Origin: Eledone cirrhosa
Taxonomy: Eukaryota
Assembly (NCBI GenBank): GCA_964016885.1
Contig: OZ024741.1
Location: 364,684,001-364,748,000 of the forward strand
Direction of reading: 5' to 3'
DNA: 64,000 bases
The position numbers and the translations under genes are program-made. Within the stretch, counting starts at the first letter, position 1, and every line of letters begins with the position of its first letter. Shown here piece by piece: positions 1-14,545 of this stretch. Below the pieces are notes generated by a model. It worked only from the letters and a program-made list of their open reading frames with translations, was not told where the DNA came from and ran no database searches.

Positions 1-3000
1 GACACTGTGGAGATATGACACTGTGTAGATATACCACTGTGTAGATTTGACACTGTAGACATGATACTGTGTAGATATGACACTATGCAGATATGACACT
101 TTGTAGATATGACACTGGAAATATGACACTGTGTAGATATGACACTACGCAGGTAAGACACTGTGTAGATATGACACTATGCAAATATGACACTGTGTAG
201 ATATGACACTGTGGAGATAGGACACTGTGTAGATATGACACTGTGGAGATATGACAGTGTGTGGATATGACACTGTGTAGATATGACACTGTAGATATGA
301 CACTGTGGAGATATGACACTAGATATGCCACTGTGTAGATATGACACTATGTAGATAAGGCACTGTGTAGATATGAGATGTGTAGATATGGTAAGGTTTA
401 GGTATGACACTGTGTAGATATGATACTATGCAGATATTACACTGTGTAGATATGACACTGTGGAAATATGACACTGTGTAGTTATGACACTGTGTAGATA
501 TGATACGGTGTGGATATGACACTGTAGTTATGACACTGTGTAGATATGACACTGTATAGATATGATACTGTAGATATGAAACTGTGTAGATATGACACTG
601 TAGATATGACACTCTGTAGATATGACACTATGCAGTTATGACACTATGCAAATATGACACTGTGTAGATATGACACTGTGTAGATATGACACTGTGTAGA
701 TATGACACTGTGTAGATATGACACTGTGGAGATATGACACTCTAGAGATATGACACTGTGTAGATATGACACTATGCTGATATGATACTGTGGAGATATG
801 ACACTGGGTAGATATGACACTGTATAGATGTGACACTGTGTAGATATGACACTGTAGATATGAAACTGTGTAGATATGACACTATGTAGATAAGGCACTG
901 TGTAGATATGAGATGTGTAGATATGGTACGGTTTAGGTATGACACTGTGTAGATATGATACTATGCAGATATTACACTGTGTAGATATGACACTGTGGAA
1001 ATATGACACTGTGTAGTTATGACACTGTGTAGATATGATACGGTGTGGATATGACACTGTAGTTATGACACTGTGTAGATATGACACTGTGTAGATATGA
1101 TACTGTAGATATGAAACTGTGTAGATATGACACTGTAGATATGACACTGTGTAGATATGACACTATGCAGTTATGACACTATGCAAATATGACACTGTGT
1201 AGATGTGACACTGTGTAGATATGACACTGTGTAGATATGACACTGTGTAGATATGACACTGTGGAGATATGACACTCTAGAGATATGACACTGTGTAGAT
1301 ATGACACTATGCTGATATGATACTGTGGAGATATGACACTGGGTAGATATGACACTGTATAGATGTGACACTGTGTAGATATGACACTGTAGATATGACA
1401 CTGTGGAGATATGACACGGTAGATATGACACTGTGTATATATGACACTATGTAGATTAGGCACTGTGTAATATGAGATGTTTTGATATGATACGGTCTAG
1501 GTATGATACTGTGTAGATATGACACTATGTAGATATGACACTGTGTAAATATGACATTGTAGAAATATGACACTGTGTAGATATGACACTATGCAGATAT
1601 GACACTGTGTAGATTTGACACTGTAGACATGATACTGTGTAGATATGACACTATGCAGATATGACACTGTGTAGCTATGACACTGTGGAAACATGACACT
1701 GTGTAGATATGACACTATGCAAATATGACACTGTGTAGATATGAAACTATGCAAATATGACACTGTGTAGATATGACACTGTGGAGATATGAGACTGTGT
1801 AGATATGACACTGTGGAGATATGACAGTGTAGATATGACACTGATTAGATATGACACTCTGGAGATATGACACTGTGTAGATATGACACTATGCTGATAT
1901 GACACTGTGTAGATATGACACTGTAGATATGACACTGTGGAGATATGACACAGTAGATATGACACTGTGTAGATATGACACTGTGGAGATATGACACTGT
2001 GTAGATATACCACTGTGTAGATTTGACACTGTAGACATGATACAGTGTAGATATGACACTATGCAGATATGACACTGTGTAGATATGAAACTCTGTAGAT
2101 ATGACACTGTGGAGATATGACACTGTAGATATGACACTGTGGAGATATGAAACTGTGTAGATATGACATTGTGTAGATATGACACTGTGTAGATATGACA
2201 CTGTGTAGATATGACACTGTGGAGATATGATATTCTAGAGATATGACACTGTGTAGGTATCACACTGTGTAGATATAACACTATGCTGATATGACACTGT
2301 GGAGATATGACACTGGGGAGATATGACACCGTATAGATGTGACAATGTGTAGATATGACACTGTAGATATGAAACCGTGTAGATAAGACACTGTAGATAT
2401 GACACTGTGTAGATATGACACTATGCAGATATGACACTGTGGAGATATGACACTGTAGATATGACACTGTGTAGATATGACACTTTGTAGATTAGGCACT
2501 GTGTAATATGAGATGTGTAGATATGATACGGTCTAGGTATGACACTGTGTAGATATGACACTATGCAGATATGACACTGTGCAAATATGACATTGTAGAA
2601 ATATGACACTGTGTAGATATGACACTATGCAGGTATGACACTGTGTAGATATGACACTGTGGAGATATGACACTGTGTAGATATACCACTGTGTAGATTT
2701 GACACTGTAGACATGATACTGTGTAGATATGACACTATGCAGATATGACACTTTGTAGATATGACACTGTGGAAATATGACACTGTGTAGATATGACACT
2801 ACGCAGGTAAGACACTGTGTAGATATGACACTATGCAAATATGACACTGTGTAGATATGACACTGTGGAGATAGGACACTGTGTAGATATGACACTGTGG
2901 AGATATGACAGTGTGTGGATATGACACTGTGTAGATATGACACTGTAGATATGACACTGTGGAGATATGACACTAGATATGCCACTGTGTAGATATGACA

Positions 3001-6000
3001 CTATGTAGATAAGGCACTGTGTAGATATGAGATGTGTAGATATGGTACGGTTTAGGTATGACACTGTGTAGATATGATACTATGCAGATATTACACTGTG
3101 TAGATATGACACTGTGGAAATATGACACTGTGTAGTTATGACACTGTGTAGATATGATACGGTGTGGATATGACACTGTAGTTATGACACTGTGTAGATA
3201 TGACACTGTATAGATATGATACTGTAGATATGAAACTGTGTAGATATGACACTGTAGATATGACACTCTGTAGATATGACACTATGCAGTTATGACACTA
3301 TGCAAATATGACACTGTGTAGATATGACACTGTGTAGATATGACACTGTGTAGATATGACACTGTGTAGATATGACACTGTGGAGATATGACACTCTAGA
3401 GATATGACACTGTGTAGATATGACACTATGCTGATATGATACTGTGGAGATATGACACTGGGTAGATATGACACTGTATAGATGTGACACTGTGTAGATA
3501 TGACACTGTAGATATGACACTGTGGAGATATGACACTGTAGATATGACACTGTGTATATATGACACTATGTAGATTAGGCACTGTGTAATATGAGATGTT
3601 TTGATATGATACGGTCTAGGTATGATACTGTGTAGATATGACACTATGTAGATATGACACTGTGTAAATATGACATTGTAGAAATATGACACTGTGTAGA
3701 TATGACACTATGCAGATATGACACTGTGTAGATTTGACACTGTAGACATGATACTGTGTAGATATGACACTATGCAGATATGACACTGTGTAGCTATGAC
3801 ACTGTGGAAACATGACACTGTGTAGATATGACACTATGCAAATATGACACTGTGTAGATATGAAACTATGCAAATATGACACTGTGTAGATATGACACTG
3901 TGGAGATATGAGACTGTGTAGATATGACACTGTGGAGATATGACAGTGTGTAGATATGACACTGATTAGATATGACACTCTGGAGATATGACACTGTGTA
4001 GATATGACACTATGCTGATATGACACTGTGTAGATATGACACTGTAGATATGACACTGTGGAGATATGACACAGTAGATATGACACTGTGTAGATATGAC
4101 ACTATGTAGATAAGGCACTGTGTAGATATGAGATGTGTAGATATGATACGGTCTAGGTATGACACCGTGTAGATATGATACTATGCAAATATGACACTGT
4201 GTAGATATGACACTATGGAAATATGACACTGTGTAGTTATGACACTGTGTAGATATGATACGGTGTGGATATGACACTGTAGTTATGACACTGTGTAGAT
4301 ATGACACTGTGTAGATATGACACTGTAGATATGACAATGTGTAGATATGACACTATGCAGATATGACACTGTGGAGATATGACACTGTGGAGATATGACA
4401 CTGTGGAGATATGACACTGTGTAGATATGACACTGTGGAGATATGACACTGTATAGATATCACACTGAGGAGATATGACACTGTGTAAATATGATACGGT
4501 GTAGATATGACACTGTGTAGATATGACACTTGTAGATTTGACACTGTAGATATGAAACTGTGTAAATATGACATTGTAGATATGACACTGTGTAGATATG
4601 ACACTGTGTAGATATGACACTATGCAGATATAAAACTGTGTAGATAAGACATTGTGGAGATATGACACTGTAGATATGACACTGTGTAGATATGACACTG
4701 TGAAGATATGACACTGTGGAGATATGACAATGTCTAGATATGATACTATGCAGGTATGACACTGTGTAGATATGACACTATGCAGATATGACACTGTGTA
4801 GATATGACATTGTGTAGATATGACACTGTGTAGATATGACACTGTAGATATGACACCGTGTAGATATGACACTATGCAGATATGACACTGTGGAGATATG
4901 ACACTGTGGAGATATGACACTGTGGAGATATGACACTGTGTAGATAAGTCACTGTGGAGATATGACACTTTATAGATATGACAGTGTAGATATGACACTG
5001 TGTAGATATGACACTGTGGAGATATGACAGTTTATAGATATCACACTGAGGAGATATGACACTGTGTAAATATGATACGGTGTAGATATGACACTGTGTA
5101 GATATGACACTTTGTAGATTTGACACTGTAGATATGAAACTGTGTAAATATGACATTGTAGATATGACACTGTGTAGATATGACACTGTGTAGATATGAC
5201 ACTATGCAGATATAAAACTGTGTAGTTATGACACTGTGGAGATATGACACTGTAGATATGACACTGTGTAGATATGACACTGTGAAGATATGACACTGTG
5301 GAGATATGACACTGTCTAGATATGATACTATACAGGTATGACACTGTGTAGATATGACACTATGCAGATATGACACTGTGTAGATATGACATTGTGTAGA
5401 TATGACACTGTGTAGATTTGAGACTGTGTAGATATGACACTGGGTAAATATAACACTGTGTAAATTTGACACTCTTTTGATATGACACTGTCTAGATATG
5501 ACACTGTGTAAATATGACACTGTAGATATAACACTGTGGAGATATGACACCGTGTAGATATGACACTGTGTAGATACGAGACTGTCTAGATATGACACTG
5601 TGTAAATAAGACACTGTAGATATGACACTGTGTAGATATGACACTGTGTAGATATGACACTGTGTAGATATGACACTGTGTAGATATGACACTGTATAGA
5701 TATGACACTGTGTAGATGTTACACGGTGTAGATATGAAACTGTGTAGATATGACACTGTAGATATGACACTGTGTAGACATGACACTATGCAGATATGAC
5801 AACGTGTAGATATGACACTGTGTAGATATGAGACTGTGTAGATATGACACTGTGGACATATGACAGTGTGTAGATATGACACTGTGGAGATATGACAGTG
5901 TGTAGATATGACACAGATTAGATATGACACTCTGGAGATATGACACTGTGTAGATATGACACTATGCTGATATGACACTGTGTAGATATGACACTGTAGA

Positions 6001-9000
6001 TATGACACTGTGGAGATATGACACTAGATATGCCACTGTGTAGATATGACACTATGTAGATAAGGCACTGTGTAGATATGAGATGTGTAGATATGGTAAG
6101 GTTTAGGTATGACACTGTGTAGATATGACACTATGCAGATATGACACTGTGTAGATATGACACTGTGGAGATATGACACTGTGTAGATATACCACTGTGT
6201 AGATTTGACACTGTAGACATGATACTGTGTAGATATGACACTATTCACATATGACACTCTGTAGATATGACACTGTGGAAATATGACACTGTGTAGATAT
6301 GACACTATGCAGGTATGACACTGTGTAGATATGAAACTATGCAAATATGACACTGTGTAGATATGACACTGTGGAGATATGACACTGTGTAGATATGACA
6401 CTGTGGAGATATGACAGTGTGTAGATATGACACTGATTAGATATGACACTCTGGAGATATGACACTGTGTAGATATGACACTATGCTGATATGACACTGT
6501 GTAGATATGACACTGTAGATATGACACTGTGGAGATATGACACTATGTAAATAAGGTACTGTGTAGATATGAGATGTGTAGATATGACACTGTAGATATG
6601 AAACTGTGTAGATATGACACTGTAGATATGACACTGTGTAGATATGACACTATGCAGATATGACACTGTGTAGATATGACACAGTGTAGATATGACACTG
6701 TGTAGATATGACACTGTGTAGATATGACACTGAGGAGATATGACACTCTAGAGATATGACACTGTGTAGGTATGACACTGTGTAGATATGACACTATGCT
6801 GATATGACACTGTGGAGATATGACACTGGGTAGATATGACACTGTATAGATGTGACACTGTGTAGATATGACACTGTAGATATGACACTGTAGATATGAC
6901 ACTGTGTAGATATGACACTATGTAGATTAGGCACTGTGTAATATGAGATGTGTTGATATGATACGGTCTAGGTATGATACTGTGTAGATATGACACTATG
7001 CAGATATGACACTGTGTAAATATGACATTGTAGAAATATGACACTGTGTAGATATGACACTATGCAGATATGACACTGTGTAGATATGACACTGTGGAGA
7101 TATGACACTGTGTAGATATACCACTGTGTAGATTTGACACTGTAGACATGATACTGTGTAGATATGACACTATGCAGATATGACACTGTGTAGATATGAC
7201 ACTGTGGAAATATGACACTGTGTAGATATGACACTATGCAGGTATGACACTGTGTAGATATGAAACTATGCAAATATGACACTGTGTAGATATGACACTG
7301 TGGAGATATGACACTGTGTAGATATGACACTGTGGAGATATGACAGTGTGTAGATATGACCCTGATTAGATATGACACTCTGGAGATATGACACTGTGTA
7401 GATATGACACTATGCTGATATGACACTGTGTAGATATGACACTGTAGATATGACACTGTGGAGATATGACACTGTAGATATGACACTGTGTAATATGACA
7501 CTATGTAGATAAGGCACTGTGTAGATATGAGATGTGTAGATATGATACGGTCTAGGTATGACACCGTGTAGATATGATACTATGCAGATATGACACTGTG
7601 TAGATATGACACTGTGGAAATACAACACTGTGTAGTTATGACACTGTGTACATATGATACGGTGTGGATATGACACTGTATTTATGACACTGTGTAGATA
7701 TGACACTCTGTAGATATGACACTGTAGATATGACACTGTGTAGATATGACACTATGCAGATATGACACTGTGGAGATATGACACTGTGGAGATATGACAC
7801 TGTGGAGATATGACACTGTGTAGATATGACACTGTGGAGATATGACACTGTATAGATATGACAGTGTAGATATGACACTGTGTAGATATGACACTGTGGA
7901 GATATGACAGTGTATAGATATCACACTGAGGAGATATGACACTGTGTAAATATGATACGGTGTAGATATGACACTGTGTAGATATGACACTTTGCAGATT
8001 TGACACTGTAGATATGAAACTGTGTAAATATGACATTGTAGATATGACACTGTGTAGATATGACACTGTGTAGATATGACACTGTGGAGATATGACACTA
8101 GATATGCCACTGTGTAGATATGACACTATGTAGATAAGGCACTGTGTAGATATGAGATGTGTAGATATGGTACGGTTTAGGTATGACACTGTGTAGATAT
8201 GATACTATGCAGATATGACACTGTGTAGATATGACACTGTGGAAAAATGACACTGTGTAGTTATGACACTGTGTAGATATGACACTGTGTAGATATGACA
8301 CTGTGTAGATATGATACGTGTAGATATGACACTGTAGCTATGACACTGTGTAGATATGACACGATGCAGATATGACACTGTGAAGATATGACTATGTGGA
8401 AATATGACACTGTGTAGATATGAGACTATGCAGGTATGACACTGTGTATATATGATACTATGCAGATATGACACTGTGTAGATATGGCACTATGCAGATA
8501 CGACACTGTGTAGATATGACATTGTGTAAATATGACACTGTGTCGATATGACAATGTGTAGATATGACACTGTAGATTTGACACTGTGTAGATATGACAC
8601 TGTGTAAATATGACACTGTGTAGATATGACAATGTGGAGATATGACACTGTAGAAATGTCACTGTGTAGATATGACACTGTGTAGATATGACACTGTGGA
8701 AATATGACACTGTAGATATGACACTGTGGATATATGAAACTGTGTAGATATGACACTGTGTAGATATGACACTGTCTAGATATGACACTGTGTAGATATG
8801 ACACTGTGTAGATATGACACTGTGTAGATATGACACTGTCTAGATATGACACTGTGTAGATATGACACTGTGTAGATATGACACTGTGGAGATATGACAC
8901 TGTGTAGATATGTCACTGTGTAGATATGATACTGTGTAGATATGACACTGTGGAAATATGACACTGTAGATATGACACTGTGGAGATATGAAACTGTGTA

Positions 9001-9002
9001 GA
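1..9002. repeat. Tandem satellite, 16-bp monomer AGATATGACACTGTGT (14-bp deletion variants common), with higher-order duplications; runs off the left edge
   Basis: The monomer is visible continuously. Near-identical ORF-track peptides recur at offsets 535 (ends 612 vs 1147), 2119 (1463 vs 3582) and 2654 (410 vs 3064). The array ends abruptly at about 9002. Confidence 0.97.
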
Positions 9003-10932
9003 ATTGAAATAGCCACAGGTTATATTTTTCAATGTCATGTATAATTTAATCCATCGTCCATCGACATCAGTAGGATTTATGCTGAGATCAGATAGGTACG
9101 AAACTAAATACTACTCTTAAGTTATATATTTAATCTAGTGTTCTACCATTTCCGCCATTTCCCCTTCTTTCATTAATATTAATAGCATTGTTTTTATATT
9201 TCCGTTTTACTACAAGTGACGCCATGTCACATTAAGCCGAGATAAAGCTTTTGAAAAATCCTACAATCAAAATAGTATGTAAAAGCCATGCAGTTTGAAT
9301 GGTGAGTCAATTAACGAACCGACGATAGACGTGAATACGGAGATCCTGCTGTAATGGTTGCACAGTTAACGGTAAATAGTGAAAAGAAAAGAAGGTTTCA
9401 TTAATTGCTGTCTCGGTTCAAAGTGTGTTTCCATTAGAAATTGCCTGGTGAATATAAATGAAGAATGATGCTGATGTTGTGTGTCATCACTCTTGTTGTA
9501 TGTAGAGAGATTTCCCCCGGAAAACGGCGATCGATCAAATCGTTAGGCCGTTTGATTTAGCTTTCTAGCTAACGTACAGCACAGCCACAGATGTGTCGGG
9601 AGCGGAGGAAAACATGCAGCAGAGAATAAAATAAGATAAAAGAAAAATTCTAAAAAGCAAAACAAAATAAAACCCCCAAAAATAAAACTCTAAAAACAAT
9701 CATACCAAACAGTACATACCAGCATGAAAATAACATACATTGTTTCTTATCAGTTATTTCAAATTGATTGGAAAAAAAGATATATAACGTAAAACAAAAC
9801 AAAACTAAAATATAACCAAAATAAACAGACAACCAAAACAAACAAACAAAATAAGACACGACAAAGCTACATATAACACAAAATGGATGGACTTAATAAC
9901 TTTGGTATTCTAGCGTAATGTTGAAAAAAAAACAAAAAAAAAACAAAAACAAAAAAACGAGCTATTAACACCAACAAACTCGATAGTTTGTCTGGAAGAA
10001 GAAATTAGGGGAAAAAGAAGAAACCGATTCTACTAAGATACACACAAACATCATTAAATAAACATACAATTAACTTCATTTATCAAAACCAAAACAGAAT
10101 TATATAATACAAATTTGAAAAAAAATAAAACACACCTCATCTTACTCGTCTATTTAACTAAGAACACTATCACTAAGCACCTTGTTTATTTATCTGCTGT
10201 TTTGTGTGTTCCAGGGCAATATCTGATCGAGCTGTGATTCACGATCAAAGATATGCCAGTCATGATAATCACACATTTTTGTGTTTCAGTGGACTACGTT
10301 ATACAGTGTATCATCCATTCTTTATTTAAATACTAATGGACCATAAGGATGACAGGCAAAGCTAACTTCGGCAGGATTTGAACTCAGAACGTAAACGGTC
10401 GTAACTTTATGCCACAAATCACGTTGTCCACCACTCTACCGATACTGACGATCCACTGGCGTCCGCTAATATATTTGGACAATAAACATACATAAGTCTC
10501 GCTATTGGTTTTAAGCTGTGTTCACGTCAGCTTCATCAATAGTCGTGTGAGAATGCCAGTATTTCAGGATCTTTTTATTCATTATCAATGACGTTTACTC
10601 ATTCGGTGCTGAGCAAAGAATAACCTATAGTTTATATAGATTTCGCATACAAAACCTCTACTGGAGAGTCTCATTTGCATATTGAGCAAGCTTGACTGGC
10701 TAGGATTAATAAGCAGTAACAATAACATAGCGTGATTCTTAATAGAGGTGTATATGAAGGTATATAGGATATTTTAAAGTATAATAAACAAGGGTGTTTC
10801 AAGTTATGATCATGTCACAGTTATTTCAGTATATATCTTTTGGCGGTGAGTGTGGTTTACATCTACCGTAGCACCCATGGCTCCGTGGCCTCTGATAATA
10901 TGACACCATATACTACTGGGTATTATTATAAC

Positions 10933-11290
10933 TCTATGCTTTGACGCATAGAGTTACGGCCCTTGCCATTCTGAGTTCAAATCCCGCCGAGGTTAACTTT
11001 GCCTTTCATCCTTATGGGGTCGATAAAATAAAGTACCAGTAATGCACTGGGTAATTGCTGGCTTTGTGCCAAAAGTAGAAACAATTATTATAACCAGGGC
11101 AGTGTATTGGCAGTATCGGTAGAGGGTCAGACGCCATGCTTTGCATCATAGAGTTACGGCCCTTTACGGTCTGAGTTCAAATCCAGCCAAGGTTAACTTT
11201 GCCTTTCATCCTTAAGGGGTCGATAAAATAAAGTACCAGTAATACACTGGGGAATTGCTGGCATTGTGCCAAAAGTGGAAACAATTATAA
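10933..11290 (+). mobile_element. Two tandem copies of SINE family S1 (tRNA-like head, GCCTTTCATCCT..GGGGTCGATAAAATAAAGTACCAG core, ATT tail); the first is 5'-truncated
   Basis: B-box-like GAGTTCAAATCC; same body as copies at 16.3, 17.6, 30.7, 48.4, 51.4, 53.2 and 61.2 kb; ATTATAAC recurs before, between and after the copies. Confidence 0.9.
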
Positions 11291-11294
11291 CAAG

Positions 11295-11595
11295 AAGCAT
11301 AGTCTGGGGTTAAGAGGTTCGCTTCGCAATCAGTAATCATTTCTAATGTAATTTATGTCCTTGACGACCTTTGAGTGAAACTGTATAAACGGAACTGTTT
11401 GGAAGCCCATTGGATGGGCTGTATCTAAAATTTAAAGGGCCAAAACCCTGTCACACACTGCATGACCCTGAATCTTCCGGAGAATTACGTTAAGAGTACA
11501 CACGGCTCAGCGACTTACATGTTAATTTCACAAGCAGGTGGTTTCCTTGCCCCAACAACTGGAACACTCATCATCGACCTCTTGTGACCCGCCAG
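11295..11595 (+). mobile_element. Degenerate SINE fragments (tail shared with family S2)
   Basis: CCTGTCACACACTGCATGACCCTGAATCTTCCGGAGAATTACGTTAAG resembles 16869-16915, and 13120-13205 on the opposite strand. Confidence 0.6.
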
Positions 11596-13049
11596 ACCAG
11601 TCAGAGTAGTCCGCGATGATCGTTTTTAATTTTCACCTTGTAGGCTTATTTAGAATTTTTTTCGTAACCGTAATACAATTTTCTGTCAGTTGACCCATAC
11701 TAAAGGGCTTCACTGATAGGGTTATGTGTGTTATAATTTCCCAGTTCCATGTTATGGAAAGAAGTTGTGGTGAATCTTTGGAATAGTGCTTAATAGATAT
11801 TAACGGCCCTAATAATTGTTCCAATGTTCAAAAGTGGCCCACCAATGGAATATGTTGCACACCCCTGGACTATATCATTAAATATAGTGAGAACAATCTT
11901 AGTAACAACACGTTTGTCATCAGAGATTTGGCACCTGAGGACAATAAGAAACTGAAACTGCGTCGTTTTCTTACAAAACTGATTATTATAAGGTATTTAT
12001 ATTTATCGAAAAGTTTTCCACCACCAATTTATGTAAGAGCTTTTGTTATGTTCCAAACACCATCTTAATAACGAAAATTCATATAACTAAATCTTTCTAA
12101 ATTCCGAATTATTTTCAAACAGTATCTTTCATTAAACATATAGTAATAAAAGTGCTAATAATTTCTTCGTAGGTTAAAAAATATAAAAAATGTGTGCAGC
12201 TATATATTGTTAGAACCTCTGAAACAGAACAAATGAAGTTATTATACTACAATATAGGCATTCCTTAGCTTTTCATAAGAAGTTACAATTACATCTAACG
12301 ACCAACCAACAGATATGAAGATTCATTCAAGATATAATAACAACACAGAATAATTAATTGCAGTTAGAAAATAATTTTCAGACACTTAGGCTGTGAAAAT
12401 AAATTAAAAAAATTTAAAAGGAATCTCCAGCTGTTTTGTAAAAAGAAAAACAAAATTAAACACAAGGAAGATAGATAGATAGATAGTGAGAGAGAGAGAG
12501 AGAGAAGGGGGAGAGTTAGAGCGTGGAAAGAAAGAAAAGAAAAAATGAAACGAAGCAAATTCATTTAAAAACACCGCATTGAAAGATAAGGAGTTAGATG
12601 TTCGAATCAAAATGCTCTATAAGTTTTTTTTATTTCTAAAGTAATAAAAAAAAACAAAAAAAAAACAACTGGAATTATATTTGAAAGGAAGCGTGTTTTT
12701 AAAGAATTCTTTTGTTATTGGTTTCTTTTTTTTTATTCTATATATCGCACAATGATAATGACTGAATTCTTAAAAGCCGGCAACTGATGATTTTTTTGGG
12801 AGCCATGTTTCTTCTGGATGATTCAAATTGCTTTAGATATAGAAGAAGGAATACGTTTAGCTCAAATGTCTTTTGTTAATTCAATATTATATTTCATTTA
12901 TGTCAGCGTAGCTTAAATGATAAAAGTTAACATATTTTTCTTTTCTCTTGTCTTATCTATAATTCATACTGACGAAAAAATAACAGCAAAGCAACAACAA
13001 CAGCATTTTTCATATCTTTCAATTGAGACTGTATTGGACCTCCGTCGGT

Positions 13050-13365
13050 TCCGACGCCAAGTGTTCCAGTTGCGAGATCAACGTAACAGTCTGCCCATGG
13101 AATTTATATGCAAAATGACTGAGCTCTTCGCAGACGTTAAGGATACATTTGTATCCTTAACGTAAATCTCAGGGAGATTCAGTGTAATACAGCGTGTGAC
13201 AAGGCTTGTCCTATGAATTACCTCATTTTTTCCAACTGAGTGGACTGGAGTAATGTGAAATAAAGAGTGTTACTCAAGAAAACAAGATTCTTTGTCAAGA
13301 ATCAAACTTATGAGATTACGATTTTGAGCGGAACATTTTAACGAATAAGCTACGAGTATTCACAC
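13050..13365 (-). mobile_element. SINE family S2 (second tRNA-derived family), degenerate
   Basis: Reverse complement of the 16717-17000 element (ACTGAGTGGACTGGAG..GTGAAATAAAG, GTGTGACAAGGC). Confidence 0.7.
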
Positions 13366-13649
13366 CTGAGAATATGAAGTAAAGACATTTTTTATTCTAT
13401 TTATTTTTTGGCAGATTGCATTTGAAAAAGAAAACACACAAAAAAACATAAACGAAACAAAAACAAAGCAAATAGTTCCAATCAAAAGCTACTGCTACTT
13501 ATATCACTCTCTGATTACGTTACTCAATCCTTCAATGTTATTTGAAGAATTGGGTGTTGATTATTTCTAATGTTTTATTATAAAAAAAACTAACCATAAT
13601 TGGGTTACATACTGTGATTTAAAAATTCTTTTCTTTTACAAGTTCTAGT

Positions 13650-13985
13650 TATCAAACTGCAGCCATGCTGGAGCACTGCATTGAAAAGATTTAGTCAGCC
13701 ATATAGACTCAAATAGTTATTATTTTTCAAGTATCCTACTTATTCTAACGACATCTTTTTGTCAAACTGTTAAGTTACAGTACGTAAAACAGTAAACATA
13801 AGCGCATACACGGAGACATACACTTACTTTAAGGAGTTAAGAAGCCGCTTTGTAACTATCGGTTTTGAAGTTCAGCTCAACTGCGTGACACCTTGGGTAA
13901 GTTTCTTCCACTATAGATTAGAGTTGATCAATGCCTTGTGACTGAAATTTAGTAGAAATGAAACAGTGTGGAAGTACGTCACTCC
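13650..13985. mobile_element. Old SINE-like repeats
   Basis: 13650-13800 resembles 50425-50575; 13830-13980 resembles the reverse complement of 51005-51125. Confidence 0.55.
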
Positions 13986-14044
13986 CATATATGTAAGTAG
14001 TTTTAGTGAGTAGCTAACATATATTCAGCCCACCCACTCCAACA

Positions 14045-14545
14045 AAACACACAGAGCCAGGAAGATCACGTGGTATAACCCGTCCATACAGTCTCAATGT
14101 ATCTACCAACATAGTCAGTCACTTTCTTTTCCTTATAAGAAAGCATTTTCCCACCACGCACAACTACTATAAAATCTTGAACAAGAATACGGTTAAGGTG
14201 AACTACCTTAATAATAAAGGATTACAAATCCTGAAGAAGCATGCCACACAAATTAACAACACGGCTTAGCCATCCCGGGAATGTAACGGTAGAGACTAAA
14301 CTCGATACCCACTGAAGAATAAATTCCTGTCCAGTGAGCTCAGATACAAAGCAAAACTGCAGGGAAAATTCTACTTCAGACTGACTGAAAATATATTTAA
14401 ATCCCACTTTTCTCAACACTTGTACACGTTCAATAACAGACGATTACTAAATTCAACATCTCTGTCAAAATATATTTGCCAATTGAAAGATAGCGGTATG
14501 ACAAACCCTACTATCAAATGGGGAATTGTGGCAAAGACGAATGTC
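14045..14545 (+). pseudogene. Penelope-like element relic (Neptune-type RT linker/GIY-YIG region)
   Basis: Translates, with frameshifts, to RKITWYNP..SLNVSTNI..HFLFLIRKHFPTTH..YKILNKNTVKVNY and NSTSLSKYICQLKDSG..IKWGIVAK, motifs I recognise from PLE ORF C-terminal halves. Confidence 0.75.

Noticed and set aside
83-8964. Dozens of His/Cys-rich minus-strand ORFs (VSYLHSVISTQCHIYT)
   Set aside because: The 16-bp monomer has no stop codon on that strand, so the ORFs are satellite translations.
1-9002. CRISPR-like array, or array of RAG/Transib heptamers (CACTGTG in most monomers)
   Set aside because: There are no unique spacers and no cas genes. No nonamer or transposase is nearby, so the heptamer match is probably coincidental.
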